The translations under genes and the position numbers were made by a program. This document shows positions 50,452 to 62,911 of a stretch of 64,000 nt of DNA, in pieces; position 1 is the first letter of the stretch; each line of letters begins with the position of its first letter. The notes under the pieces are model-generated. The model worked only from the letters and a program-made list of their open reading frames with translations, had not been told where the DNA came from and did no database searches. Source of the stretch: Eledone cirrhosa (lineage: Eukaryota). Location of the stretch: NCBI GenBank assembly GCA_964016885.1, contig OZ024742.1:44268001-44332000 (forward strand), read 5' to 3'.

Positions 50452-53066
50452 TACTTGTGAACAATTAGAAGAATTCCCAGTAGGGATTAGTGAGCGTCTT
50501 ATGTCCATGAGAGTTCCGCTGCACAAGGGAATATATGCTACCCTGGTGAGTGTGTATGCTCCAACTATGAGTTCTGTCGATGAGGAAAAGGTGTCCTTTT
50601 ACCATGCCTTGAAAGGTGTTTTAAGAAATATCCCTCAGGCAGACAAAGTCATCGTGCTTGGTGACTTTAATGCTAGAGTGGGTAAGGATTTTAACACATG
50701 GAATGTAATCGGAAGGCATGGGGTGGGAAAGTGTAACAACAATGGTATGCTCCTGCTGCAGATGTGTGAGGAGCTGGATCTGTGTGTTACCAACACCATG
50801 TTCCAACAAAAGAACAAATTCAAGACCACATGGATGCATCCTGCATCTAAGGAATGGCATCTTTTGGACTACGTCCTAGTCAGGATGCGTGACAGACAGG
50901 ATGTGCAGTGTGTTCGTGTTCTTCGTGGAGCTGAGTGCTGGACGGACCACCGCCTGGTATGCGCAAAAGTGAAACTAATCACTAAACGTAAAATCCGGGC
51001 TCCTGGTGTTGCCCTGCCCAAAAGATTGAATGCTGCTCGTCTTAAGGATAAAAATGTGAAGAGGACATTGGAAGAAGAGATGCAGGCTGCAGATCTTGGT
51101 GAGGATTGGCCGACCCTTACAAAGTCGGTTCATGATGTAGGCAGGCGTGTTCTGGGATTGGCGCAGAGGAAACATCAGGACTGGTTTAATGAGAATGATG
51201 TACATATAGAAGACTTGTTGGCTGATAAGAGGCGTGCTCTGTCACGCTACTTGACGGCAAAACCACAGGAGAGGAATACGTTGCATGAGGAACTCAGGGA
51301 TGTAAAATCACGTGTTAGGCGGAGTCTTTCTCGGATGAAGGATCAGTGGTGGAGTGAGAAGGCTGGTGAGATACAAGCTGCATCTGATTCCAATAACACA
51401 AAGCTGTTGTACAGTCTCTTGCGTGAGGTTTATGGACTGTCTTCTTCTCTGGTGACACTGCTTCGCAGCAAGGATGGCAAAGAATTTCTTCGTGACTCAA
51501 ATTCTACGAAGGTGGCGAGAGCACTTTGATGATCTTTTGAATCAGCCGTTTGTCGTCAGTGAAGATTTCCTCAATCTCATTCCAGAAGGTCCTGTGAAAG
51601 TAGCTCTCGCAGAGCCTCCGACGCTTGTGGAGGTTGCAGTGGCTATTTCGAAGCTGAATAGTGGAAGATCTCCAGGTATGGACGGCATACATGCTGAGCT
51701 CCTACAATATGGTGGTGAGAGACTCCTGCAACATCTTCACTCTTTGTTTGGCAGGATATGGGCTAATGAATCCGTACCTGAGGACTGGAGAGATGCAGTA
51801 ATGGTGGTCTTGTACAAGGGAAAGGGTAACAGGAATGATTGTGGGAACTACAGAGGTATATCATTGCTTTCTGTCGTAGGGAAAGTTTTATGTAGGGTGC
51901 TTCTGGACCGTCTGCTGACACACATTGCAGATTGTGTTCTTCCTGAAAGTCAATCTGGTTTTCGTGCTGGACGCGGCACTACTGATATGATCTTCTCAGC
52001 TAGACAGCTCCAGGAGAAGTGCATGGAACAAGGCTTGGATCTGTATCAGGTTTTTGTCGATCTGACAAAAGCTTTCGATACTGTTAACAGAGATGCATTA
52101 TGGAAGGTTCTCCAGAAACTTGGTTGCCCTGATAAGTTCCTTGCTTTAGTTAGGTCTTTCCATGACGACATGAAGGCTTGGGTTAATGCCGGGGGTGGCA
52201 TGTCGGAGCCTATCTCAGTAAAAAATGGAGTGAAACAGGGGGATATTCCAGCATCGACCCTGTTTGCCATATACTTTACAATGGTTTTCTGTATTGCATT
52301 CAGGAATTGCGAGCATGGTGTTTACAACCGATATCGAACCTCAGGCAGCATATTTAACATCAGGCGCTTTGCTGCGAAGACAAAAGTATTTACATCAATC
52401 ATAAGAGACCTCTTGTATGCAGATGATTGCGATCTTGTAGCGCACACAGAGAGTGATATGCAGCACATTTTGAATGCATTTTCTGATGCTTGTACTGCCC
52501 TAGGTCTGACTGTCAGTCTCAAGAAAACCGTTGTCATGTACCAACCTGCCCCTGGTAAGCAGTACACTGAACCAAACATCTATGTGTATGGCAAACGACT
52601 TGGAGTGGTTGATCAGTTTGTCTACCTGGGAAGCACTGTCAATCGATACAGCAACCTGGACAGTGAAATCTCACTTAGGATTAGGAAAGCAAGTGATGCT
52701 TTCGGAAAGCTAGAAAGGCGACTCTGGGGTCGGTGAGACATATGCAGGAGGACAAAGGTAAAGGTGTACAGGGCATGTGTGCTCTCTTGTCTTCTTTATG
52801 CCTGCGAGACCTGGGTCACATATCGACACCACCTTAAGCAATTGGAGCGTTTCCATCAGATGTGTCTGAGACGGATCCATGGCGTTCACTGGAGGGACCA
52901 CATCAGTGATGTCGAGATTTTGGAAAGCTCTATGTGTGACAGTATAGAAGCTCTTGTGCTTAAGCAACGACTCCGTTGGAGTGGTCACCTTGCCAGGATG
53001 AAGGATTCTAGAATACTAAAACAACTCTTTTATGGAGAGTTGGTTAAAGGAAAACGACCGCCACAT
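50452..53066 (+). mobile_element. 5'- and 3'-truncated BovB-like RTE LINE (partial APE + RT), frameshifted
   Basis: SVYAPT, LGDFNARVG, WHLLDY, TDH, NYRGISLLS, QSGFR, FVDLTKAFD, GVKQG, LYADD, FVYLGS, LYACETW and LRWSGH. Frameshifts near 51500 and 52735. Confidence 0.95.
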
Positions 53067-53360
53067 TAAATAATTAACAAAGAGAAGACAAACAATGAAT
53101 GGAAACAAAGCAAAACGAAAAACAATTTTTAAAGGGGAACCCTTAAATTATAAAAAAATAAATAAACATATGGACGAAGGACACAGAACTCCAGGGTCAT
53201 TGGCTGTGTGATGGAGTTTGACAGTTTCGACCCTTACCAACAATACTGCTGGTCCACCCAGGGTCACAGTGTCTGACATAAGTAAAATGCTGTCCAGTGG
53301 AGTAAGAGCCGAGAGACAAAACATTAATTTAAAACAATTAGGCTACACGTACACATCAAA
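53067..53360 (-). mobile_element. Second copy of the unclassified structured repeat at ~24320-24603
   Basis: The reverse complement contains GTGACCCTGGGTGGACCAGCAGTATTGTTGGTAAGGGTCGAAACTGTCA, matching 24406-24455. Confidence 0.7.
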
Positions 53361-53411
53361 TTTTATGTCACACACACACACACACACACACACACCGCAC
53401 ACCACACACAC

Positions 53412-54101
53412 GTGAACGGCTAAGCATAAATGAACTAAGTGAGAAATTAGGAATAAGAGGGATCAGATGCTGTTTACTTGAGAGAAGACTATGGTCACGT
53501 GATGCGCATGAAAGACGACAGCTGTATAAAAAAGTGCAGGGCGATCAAAATTGATGGAAGTTACGGGGTAGGTAGACCCAGAAAAAACTGGGATGATTTG
53601 ATAAATTCCGACCTTACATCTCTCTAAGACGATGTCACTGGACCGAGATCTTTAGCGCTACGCAGTAATACAGAAGACCCGCCTTGCCTATGTACAAAGT
53701 GAAACCTACAGTCAGTAGGCACCTGTTAACCAAATATACACCCCAATCAACTACCCCTACCCTATCCCTCCACTCCGACCAACACCACCCTCTCTCTGTA
53801 AAGTTGGTACCACAACATCCAGTCCAAATAAATGAGATAATGAGATCGAGAACGTGTAGGTGTCACAACAAAAAAAACACGCAGTCTACACTGTAATGTG
53901 GCCATGTAGGTAACAAAGTAAAAATTTCCCAGTTCCACACTGTAAATGTGGTTGGTGTTAGGAAGGGCATCCAGCCGTAGAAAACCCGCCAGTTAGTCCT
54001 ATATGAGCGAGACACGGTTACTCGATCAACCTTGCCTCAAGTGGGACAACTCCCATCTAACCCATGCTAGCGTTGAAGATGGACGTTAAATGATGATGAT
54101 G
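53412..54101 (+). mobile_element. 5'-truncated copy of the 36.3-40.05 kb RTE family
   Basis: High similarity to 39290-40054, with a single UTR unit and (GAT)n tail. Confidence 0.92.
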
Positions 54102-54624
54102 ACACACACACGTGTGTGTTTATGTGTCAGTATGTTTACAACTATAATTTTGGTGGGAGTGGTCGATTAAATCTACCTAGTTCTTGACAGTTACTTTATT
54201 TTATCAACCTTGAAAGAGTAAAAGACAATTTGAGCTCAGAACCTTAAAAAAAATAAAAAAAAAATCACAGACCAATTTTTCTGCTTCTCTAGCAAATCTG
54301 ACAATGCACTGTCATAACAATAATAATTTTTTTTTCCTTTTGTAAGGTTTGCCTAGCAATTGGTTGCTAGGTGAAGCGTATTAATTGACCTTAGATCAGT
54401 CCCTGGTTTCAGTGGCTCAATATATCATGTAGGATTCTGGCAGTGCTAGTGATGGTAGAAATTTAGGCAATGCCTATGAAGTCGGGGATCCAAAGGCTTT
54501 TGATGAAAGATGTAAGGCGTTTATGGACCTTGCCTGACACCCCAATGACAATTGGCACACCTTCTATCTCTACATGGTACTCAGTTCTAATAGTGCCTGT
54601 AAGGTCTGCATACTTATTGATCAT

Positions 54625-55500
54625 TTCTAATAATAGATGTTTCTACATTTGGCACAATGCTAGCAATTTGAAGGGAAGGCGGGAAAGTTGATTAAATCAA
54701 CCCAATGTGTATCTGATGCTTTATTTTATCAAACCCGTAAAGATGAAAAGCAAAGCTAACTTTGGTGAGATTTAAACTCAGAACATAAAGAGTCATAACT
54801 CTATACCATAAAACGTGTTGTCCGACACTCTACCGATACTGTCAAGCCACCGCCCTTCTTTTCAAATAATAATAATAATAATAATAATAATTGTTTCTAC
54901 TTTTGGCACAAGGCCAGCAATTATCCAGTACATTACTGGTACTTTATTTTAACGACCCCCATAAGGATGAAAGGCAAAGTTAACCTTGGCGGGATTTGAA
55001 CTCAGATCGTAAAGGGGCATAACTACACTGGAAAGCATGTCCGACCTTTCTACCAATACTGCCAATTCACCTAATAATTGTTTCTACTTTTGGCACAAGG
55101 CCAGCAATTACCCAGTGCATTACTGGTACTTTATTTTATCGACTCCGTAAGGATGAAAAGCAAAGTTAACCTCTGCGGGATTTGAACTCACAATGGAAAG
55201 GGGCGTAACTCTATGCGTCAAAGCATGGCGTCCGACCCTCTACCGATGCTGCCAATCCACCTAATAATGATTTCTGATTTAGGCACTAGGCCAACAATTT
55301 CGAAGGAAGGGGAAAGTTGTTTAAATCAGCCTCAGTGCATTACTAGTGCTTTATTTTATCGACCCTGTAAGACCCTGAAAGACAAAGTTAACCTCGGCGA
55401 GATTTGAACTCAAAACGCAAAGGGTCGTAACTCTATGCCGCTAAGCATATTGTCCGGCACTCTACTGATACTGCCAACCCACTGTCCTTCTTTTCTAATA
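54625..55500 (-). mobile_element. Head-to-tail array of four Nin-like tRNA-SINEs
   Basis: Four consecutive units, each starting with (TAA)n..TTTCTA.TTTTGGCACAAGGCCAGC and containing GGATTTGAACTC. Confidence 0.88.
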
Positions 55501-56519
55501 ATTATAAAAATAATGCTGGTGAGTTCTTATATTTGCACATAGAGGGGAAAATCAATTCAGATTGATGCCAGTACATTCCTGATACTTATTCTATTGACTT
55601 TAAAAGAATGAAAGGCAAACAGTCAATTCTAGTAGAATTTGAAGTCAACCTGAATAGATGTAACTAAATGTTGTTTAGTGTTTCCCTATTTTTTTGTCAC
55701 TCCACTCTAAGTCCCGTAACTATCATAATTGGTTTTAACCTTTTTCTTACCAATGATCTGTCCAACATTTGTGAGCATGGAAAATAGACATTAAATAATT
55801 GTTTCTACTTTTGGCACAAGGCCAGCAATTATCCCAGTGCATTACTGGTACTTTATTTTATCGACCCCGTAAGGATGAAAGGCAAAGTTAACCTCGGCGG
55901 GATTTGAACTCAGAATGGCAAGGGCCATAATGCGTCAAAGCATGGCGTCCGACCCTCTACCGATACTGCCAATTAAATAATGATGATAATTTCTAATGAA
56001 CGACACTGCCTATGATTTTCAAATCATTTTGAAAATATAGTGATTATAGTGATTTAGTAATATAGTGAACTTTCTCATTATTAAGCTCTTGAGAGCAATG
56101 GATTGGCAGTATCGGATGAGCATTGAACAACATGCTCCGAGGCATATAATTTTCACCCTTTATGTACTGAGTTCAAATCCCAAAGATATTTACATAAAAT
56201 TATGATGGGAGGCTTTGCAGAACCAAAGGTAGTTTGGTTTATATCAAGAGGGTTAAGTTCATTTTTTTCCATTCTGCCATGGTTAGGATAGGTTTGCTGC
56301 ACAGCATGTTGCCAATTATTCCTAAGATTTGACCTCATTATATGTCTTCTCCAGCTTTTCTGTTCCTATGATTATCTCCCATCAACAATATTCAACATTT
56401 TCCCATCAATAACATTTTGTGATTTTACATTACTTGACCAGACCAGTGCTGCCATCCTTCTAGCCTCTACAGATCTTTCACATTTGATACTATTTGCCTC
56501 ATAACCATGGTGAACAATC

Positions 56520-57620
56520 TCACAATCTCCTGAGGAGCATTTTGTATTGGCTCCTCAAAAGCCATCAAATCTGCAGTGCAGAATTTATACATTTTACTCC
56601 AGATTCACTGTAGATGTCTTCACTTCTTACCATGCCTCTGTAAAATTTCCAAGAGCATTCATGATATGGTAACCACACTAAAATTCCATTACATAACAAT
56701 CAGTTTCACCATCTAAGAACTTAATCAATTCCTTAACAGTACACCTACAAATGAAGGCTTGGAATGTAGCAATAACCTTCTGGTCTGCAGATTGAATAAA
56801 GTTAGTTGTCTTGTTAACTGGATAACCCGGAGCAGTGTCTAAAAGAAACAAGGCTTTATGTTTAAGATTCTTAGTACGATAGTATTCTTTGACAGCTGGG
56901 TAGAAACAAAGTAAACCTTCTTGGAATACTGTTCTGGTGATCCATCCCTTATTATTTCATTGCCATATAACAGGAAGATGAGTTTTAAAGTAGCTTTTCA
57001 TGTCTCAACAGGATAAATAATTAATGGATTCAGCGTTAGACCTCATGTAGGCAAGTCATAATATCTATACCAGCCATGAAACATAGCACATGATTTTTCT
57101 TCTCGAGTTAGTTTTGCATCCATTTCCAAAATAATCCTGCCTCATATGCGTTAAGAATTTGTTAATATTTTTCAGTAAAGCTGGAAACGTCGCTATGGCT
57201 TTTTTGTCAGCACTTGAAGACTCATCTATCTACATAATATCCAATTCTTGAAATGTATAAAACAACCACGACTTTTTCTCTTCAACACCAAGACCCCCCC
57301 CCCCCCGGTAACTAACGAAATACAAGTTACAAACATGGAAGGTTATACCATATACCAATGTCTTTCATCTATATGTTTAAAAGTCTTTCCATATTTTTTA
57401 TTATGCTGATGCTATTCCTAGTTAATTTCATAGCTAAATGTGTTACACTTAGAGCACAGGCTTTAATTTCCTTTGGTATTACTGTTAATCGTTTGTGCAG
57501 TTGCTGATTGAGAGTTGTTCCAATATTTAAAGCTTGCTGTTCATCGGCAAATTAGCATGACACTTCAAATTTAGTTACTAAGGTTGTTAATTAAGCATTT
57601 TTGTCAAACGGACACTAACT
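56520..57620 (-). pseudogene. Degraded Tigger/pogo-family DDE transposase
   Basis: Minus-strand remnants GLFWK, HLPVIWQ*NNKGWIT, KALFLLDTAPGYP and TTNFIQSADQKVIATFQA match the pogo/Tigger DDE_1 motifs LLDNAPGHP and TTSLIQPMDQGVIA. Confidence 0.8.
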
Positions 57621-58142
57621 GTTATAGAATAATTAGCTATCAACTAATAGTGACAGAGAGGTGAAATAGCTGTTTGGATAATGTGATTATTAATTCATAG
57701 ACCTAAAGTTCAAATTCTAGGTGTTTTGTTTGTGTGTGTGATCATTTTTACATCGACTTTCCATGTTGACATGGCTTGGATGGGACTTTTTGAGGTAATG
57801 TTTTGCATTTGGATGCCCTTTCTGACACCAACTCTTTTAGTCCCTTTTTATGACATACAGGAATATGGTTTATCTATAGTAAACCTGATACACATATCCT
57901 GTATTCACATAAGAGAATAAAGTACAAAACTGGTTGAAAAAATACAATATAAATAATTTTTCCCTACTTTTGGCACAAGGCTAGCAATTTTAAGTCGATT
58001 AAATCAACCCCAGCATGTTACTGGTACTTTATTTTATCAACCCCATAAAGCAGAAATTCAAAGCTAACATTGGTGGGATTTGAACTCAGAATATAAAGGG
58101 CTGTAAACATATCACCTGATGCTCTACTGATACTGCCAATAA

Positions 58143-59075
58143 TCTATATATATAAAACTGTGGTTGTCTGTCTGTCTATCGATTTTTGGCACACATCTCC
58201 TCTTAGAATCTCTCACGGAATTGCACCAAAATTGCTATACTTGTACATTGAGCCCTAGCGAAGACATTGGAAAAAAAAAATTTCACATTGACCCACCCTA
58301 TGTGACGAAATCGAATATAATGTATCGATTTTTGAGCGTAAGTTATCAGTTATTTCCCTTTGTTCTGTTTACATTGAGCGTCTTACGTAAAAAATTACGC
58401 TGGCTTTAACAGTTGTCGAGCCAGCAAAATATTGACCTGCAAAATTCATCAGTTCGAACACTAAGCTTCCGTTTTGCTTCATTTCCATTTAAAAGCATTT
58501 TAAAACAATATTTTTACTTGAAAACAAGTCTATTTAAAGACTACGTAAAACAAGCAAATATTTCGTCGTTAGGCGTGCAGACAGACAGTCGTGCAGAGAG
58601 GTGATATAGTCGTGCAGACACAGTCGTGCAGAGAGGTGATATACGCGTACAGACAGATAGTCGTGCAGAGAGGTGATATAGGCGTGCAGACAGACAGTCG
58701 TGCAGAGAGGTGATATAGGCGTGCAGACAGACAGTCGTGCAGAGAGGTGATATAGGCGTGCAGACAGACATAACTGATAATTTGGTTACGCTAATGTTTT
58801 TCTCTGCGTTGCAGTGTTTACATTTTCGATCTTTGTTAATAAATAACCAGTGCAGTTTCTATCCCCAGCATCCTCTTTTGTTATAACATTCGGGTTATCG
58901 TTATGTTTTCTTAACTTCATAAGGCATATTGTTGGTTGAGGGAATATTAATCAAAAACACCACATGCAAGTCTGCACAGTAGACACTACAGTTTTTAAGC
59001 CAAAAAAGAAACTTAACATTGTAACTTTAACACAGCTACTGAGCGACCCCGAGCAACGCCGGGCTTTACTGCTAG
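58143..59075 (+). mobile_element. Non-autonomous Helitron with internal minisatellite
   Basis: A|TCTATATATATAAAAC 5' end. Hairpin CCCGAGCAACGCCGGG then CTAG|T 3' end. No TSD. Confidence 0.9.
58571..58770 (+). repeat. 37-bp minisatellite (~5.5 units) inside the Helitron
   Basis: AGGCGTGCAGACAGACAGTCGTGCAGAGAGGTGATAT repeated in tandem. Confidence 0.93.
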
Positions 59076-60793
59076 TAAGATATAAAAGTATAAAGAAATA
59101 AGTCAAAACACATCATGCCAAAAAACTAATCAGATACTAGGAAAAGTTTCTATGGTTTGAAGACCAGGAAAACCACATATCAGGGTAGTACTTGATGCAT
59201 GCAGAATTGGTATAGTTATGTGTGTGTAGATATAGATTATGACTATTGTGTTTTTAAAATATGTCTGAGAAATAATTATTGAATATATCCTTTTTTTTTT
59301 TTTTTATGGAAATGGCAGGGTGTAATTTGAGAGAGATTTGGCTGCTATTATTAGTTAGTTCAGTAACCACATAGAGGTTTCTATTTCTATGAAAAGATTC
59401 AGGACCCTGATGGCTGAGCTCCTGCTGTTTCGACAGCTAGATCTGAACTAAAGTGGCAGTATTCGAGCAGTGGGAATCTAGCTGAAACCCTCAAGGGGTA
59501 TAATCCATATATGGGCAGACAGTCTAAGCAAAAAAAGTATACTGGGGTCGATTTAATCGACTTTCCCCTCCCCTCCAAATTGTCTGCCTTGTGCCTAAAG
59601 TAGAACAATTATTATTATTATTAGTGGCCAATAAATTATAATGAGTTTGATTCTCAAACAGGCTGGCATGTTGTGTCCGTGAGCAAACTACCTAATTTCA
59701 TGTTGCTCCTGTTCACTCAGCTGGAAAAAATGAGTTGTGACAGCACATGTCTAAATGTATTGGTTCTCTTTTTTCCCTTGGCAAACAAATGTGTTGTGGA
59801 CAGGGGAGGCTTACATGCCTGGGAAACTGTTGGTCTTTTACAAAACACTGCCCAGGCTTGTGCATCAGAGAGGTAAACCCATGATGAGTTAGTTGTGGGT
59901 GCATAACCGATGGCTAGTCATGACCAAAGGGATCCTTTCATTTTTCTTATGCAAGATGGGAATAACCTTACATAAAATTGGAGCTAATTGACATTTTTAT
60001 TGTAAAAACGGTGGATTGTCTGAAACAGTCTTGCAGTAAATTAGTTGTGGTGTTCCAGGTTTGGAGTTCAAATTCTGCCTGGATCAATAAGACTATTGTT
60101 GTTGTTTAGCTTCAGATCAGCCTGGATCCAGCAAGTCTATGATCAAAATGATTCCAGCTTTGTCTGTCTTGTCCTTTTTTCAGACATAGTATATCTTTGA
60201 GATCAAATGAAATTTACAGCTTACATCTATATGTAGGTTTAGCTGGCCCTCTATGAGGCTGTATCTCATGCGATGTTTCTGGCATGTTTTAATGATAGGG
60301 GCCCCAGTCCTATCACGAAAAGCAACATGAAATGAAGCGTTCTTCTCAAGAACACATGACCTTATGATCACAAGCTCAACACCCTAACCACTAATCCATA
60401 CAACTGACAGTGTCATCAATGAAAAGGCCAATGGAAACAGTTTCTTTGCTCTGATCTGACAGCCAACTCTTTCCTTCCTTACTTGATGTTTATAAATAAA
60501 AATATTTTTTGTTAAAGTTTTTCAGTGGAAATATATATAAAACAGATTTTTTATCCTACTCCTGTTTGATTTAAAAAATAACATTCTTTTTTTCAGATGT
60601 TGCTGCAACATTTTGATACCATTTGATCTTCTATTCAATCTCATATATTTATTTTAGAACAAAATTGATTAAGCATACACACATACACACACTATTGAAT
60701 GTATGCTGTTAAATTTATTCCTACCTATCTATACATAGCATGGAAAAGCAGATGTAAAATGATGGTGATGGCATATCTATCTCCATCTCTCAC

Positions 60794-60833
<40 letters not shown>

Positions 60834-60834
60834 A

Positions 60835-61212
60835 CCAGTAGGCATCTCTAACAAAATACACCCCGTCCCACCACCACCACCCCCACCCCCACCCCATCCA
60901 CACCACCCCGTTCTATGTAAAGTTATGTTGGTGCCGCGCCATAGGCCGAAACAAATGAGATCGTGTAGGTGTCACGACAAAAAAAAAAAACACACAGTCG
61001 ACGCTGTAATGTGGCCGTGTAGGCAACACGGTAAAAACCTCCCAGACCCACACTGTAAATGTGGTTGGTGTTAGGAAGGGCATCCAACTGTAGAAAACCT
61101 GCCAGACAGTCCTATGCGAGCAAGACAATCACTCTTGCCTCAAGTGGGACTACCCCCGTCCAAACCCATGCAAGCGTGGAACACGGACGTTAAACGTTGA
61201 TGATGATGATGA
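60835..61212 (+). mobile_element. RTE 3'-UTR-only insertion next to (TA)n
   Basis: Matches 39607-40054 with a single internal unit and (GAT)n tail. Confidence 0.9.
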
Positions 61213-61422
61213 TATATATATATATAAGGGTGTTGTAGTTTGCTTGAAGCATTGTGGAATACAAAAAGTGGGTATGTTTAGGAAGCCGTTACACTTCCTA
61301 AACATATCCACTTTTCTCGTTTCATATATTTCTATAAACAACTGGTTGACTTTACAAAGCAAAGGAGAGATTTGAAATGTAGTTGTCCCAATGCAAATGT
61401 CCATAATAATAGTCAATCGCTG

Positions 61423-61504
61423 TGAGAAAATCAGATAAAGTACTCCTGGAGATGGAAAAAAAGTGTCCACTTTTTCCCTTGGGGTGTTTTATCTGATTTT
61501 CTCA
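61423..61504. repeat. 82-bp fold-back hairpin
   Basis: Outer stem TGAGAAAATCAGATAAA / TTTATCTGATTTTCTCA and inner stem GGAAAAA..GTG / CACTTTTTCC. Confidence 0.85.
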
Positions 61505-61864
61505 ATTATCATTTATAGGGATCTGTTATTATTATAGTCATTTATGTTGGCATGTCTATATGTATATGTATGATCACACACACATTTATATATGTGTAAG
61601 AGGGTGTTGTAATTTGCTTGAAGCGTTGTGTAAAATGTAGAAAATAGACTTTTATTTGAAAGCTACTACAATGACAATTGGGCAGTAAATGCTAAAATCT
61701 GATAACAATGATATTGGAATATTACCTTGTAGTTCTTTATAGATCCCTATATTTCAGGATCCCTTCATCAAAATATTAATAGAAGAAATTAGCTCAGAGC
61801 TGTTTATTTTTTGTTGCTCTTAAGCTGATATATACATATATTAAGCTGATATATATATATATAT

Positions 61865-62290
61865 ATGATGGCTGCAACTCGATTTTGAGTAATGTCATTG
61901 CTAGATACTTAAGCATGAGCGTCACAGATGTGCTGTTTTAGTTCTGATAGGGACTTGCCTATTGCCAGCAATACCATGCATCGCAAAAAATATTACATAT
62001 CAAGCGATGCCTGTGCTTGAAGCTTTTTTAAGTGAGGAAAGGCTTTGCACGGGGCCAAACCCACTCTCTGAACATGGAATGCATTTGCCCAAAAAGAACT
62101 GGTTCACATCATTGGATGTAAATGAAGTTGCACATTTTATATCCGAGTAACCTTCTCCCATAGGGATGTCTTAATTACGACTAGGAGTCTCTCACTCCAC
62201 AAAATGAAAAAAACAAAAAAAACAAAAAAAAACTATTGGATGGTCGTTGACTCTCCTGAGTTCTTCTGCCCTTTGACGGGTTTTGTCACA
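61865..62290 (-). mobile_element. Non-autonomous RTE-derived retroposon (copy 3, 5'-truncated)
   Basis: The reverse complement matches 45390-45712 and ends GAGTTGCAGCCATC plus (AT)n. Confidence 0.7.
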
Positions 62291-62527
62291 TACACACACA
62301 CTGAAACAACAAAGCAAACAACATAGTACAATGAAGAAATACATCAGTTTAACTCTTGGTGTAGTAGGAAAAGAGCCTTTACATTTCAGACTCTAGTCCT
62401 TCAGCAGAAGCTAGAATGAGAAATAAAAGATGAAATAGAGAGAGTAGGAAAAGGAAGGAATGGAAAACATTTTTTTTGTATAAAAGCATGTGTGTGTGTA
62501 TGTATGGAAGCACACACACACACACAT

Positions 62528-62581
<54 letters not shown>

Positions 62582-62770
62582 TCATCGTCGGGCATTAAAT
62601 AATAGTGATTTATTTATATATGTATATATATATGTATGCATTTTGAAAAAAATGAAATATATATGTTTCATATTTTCAAAATGTAGATGCATATATAGAT
62701 ATTTATGTTTTTATATATGTAATGTAGAAAAAATATTTGTTAATAAATGATTTTCTCGTATTTGTTTCAG

Positions 62771-62911
62771 AACATGAATGTCCAGAAGGGAAATTTGGCT
62801 GGAATTGTTTGTCTAACTGTAATTGCCGCCATCAAAAGCGATGTGATCCTCTGACAGGTTTTTGCCCTGATGGCTGTAAACCTGACTTCTATGGCAATAA
62901 CTGTCTTTTAA
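62771..62911 (+). CDS. Internal phase 1-1 exon encoding an EGF/laminin-EGF-like module (MEGF10/CED-1/SCARF-like or receptor PTP ectodomain)
   Basis: Acceptor TTTGTTTCAG|, donor |GTAAGT, 141 nt. The peptide HECPEGKFGWNCLSNCNCRHQKRCDPLTGFCPDGCKPDFYGNNCLL has the C-x-x-G-x-[FY]-G-x-x-C EGF pattern twice. Confidence 0.92.

Noticed and set aside
58571-58770. 37-bp repeats as a CRISPR array
   Set aside because: Contiguous tandem units without unique spacers, in eukaryotic context, inside a Helitron
60597-60660. Strong acceptor TTCTTTTTTTCAG as another exon start
   Set aside because: No matching donor or recognisable peptide downstream
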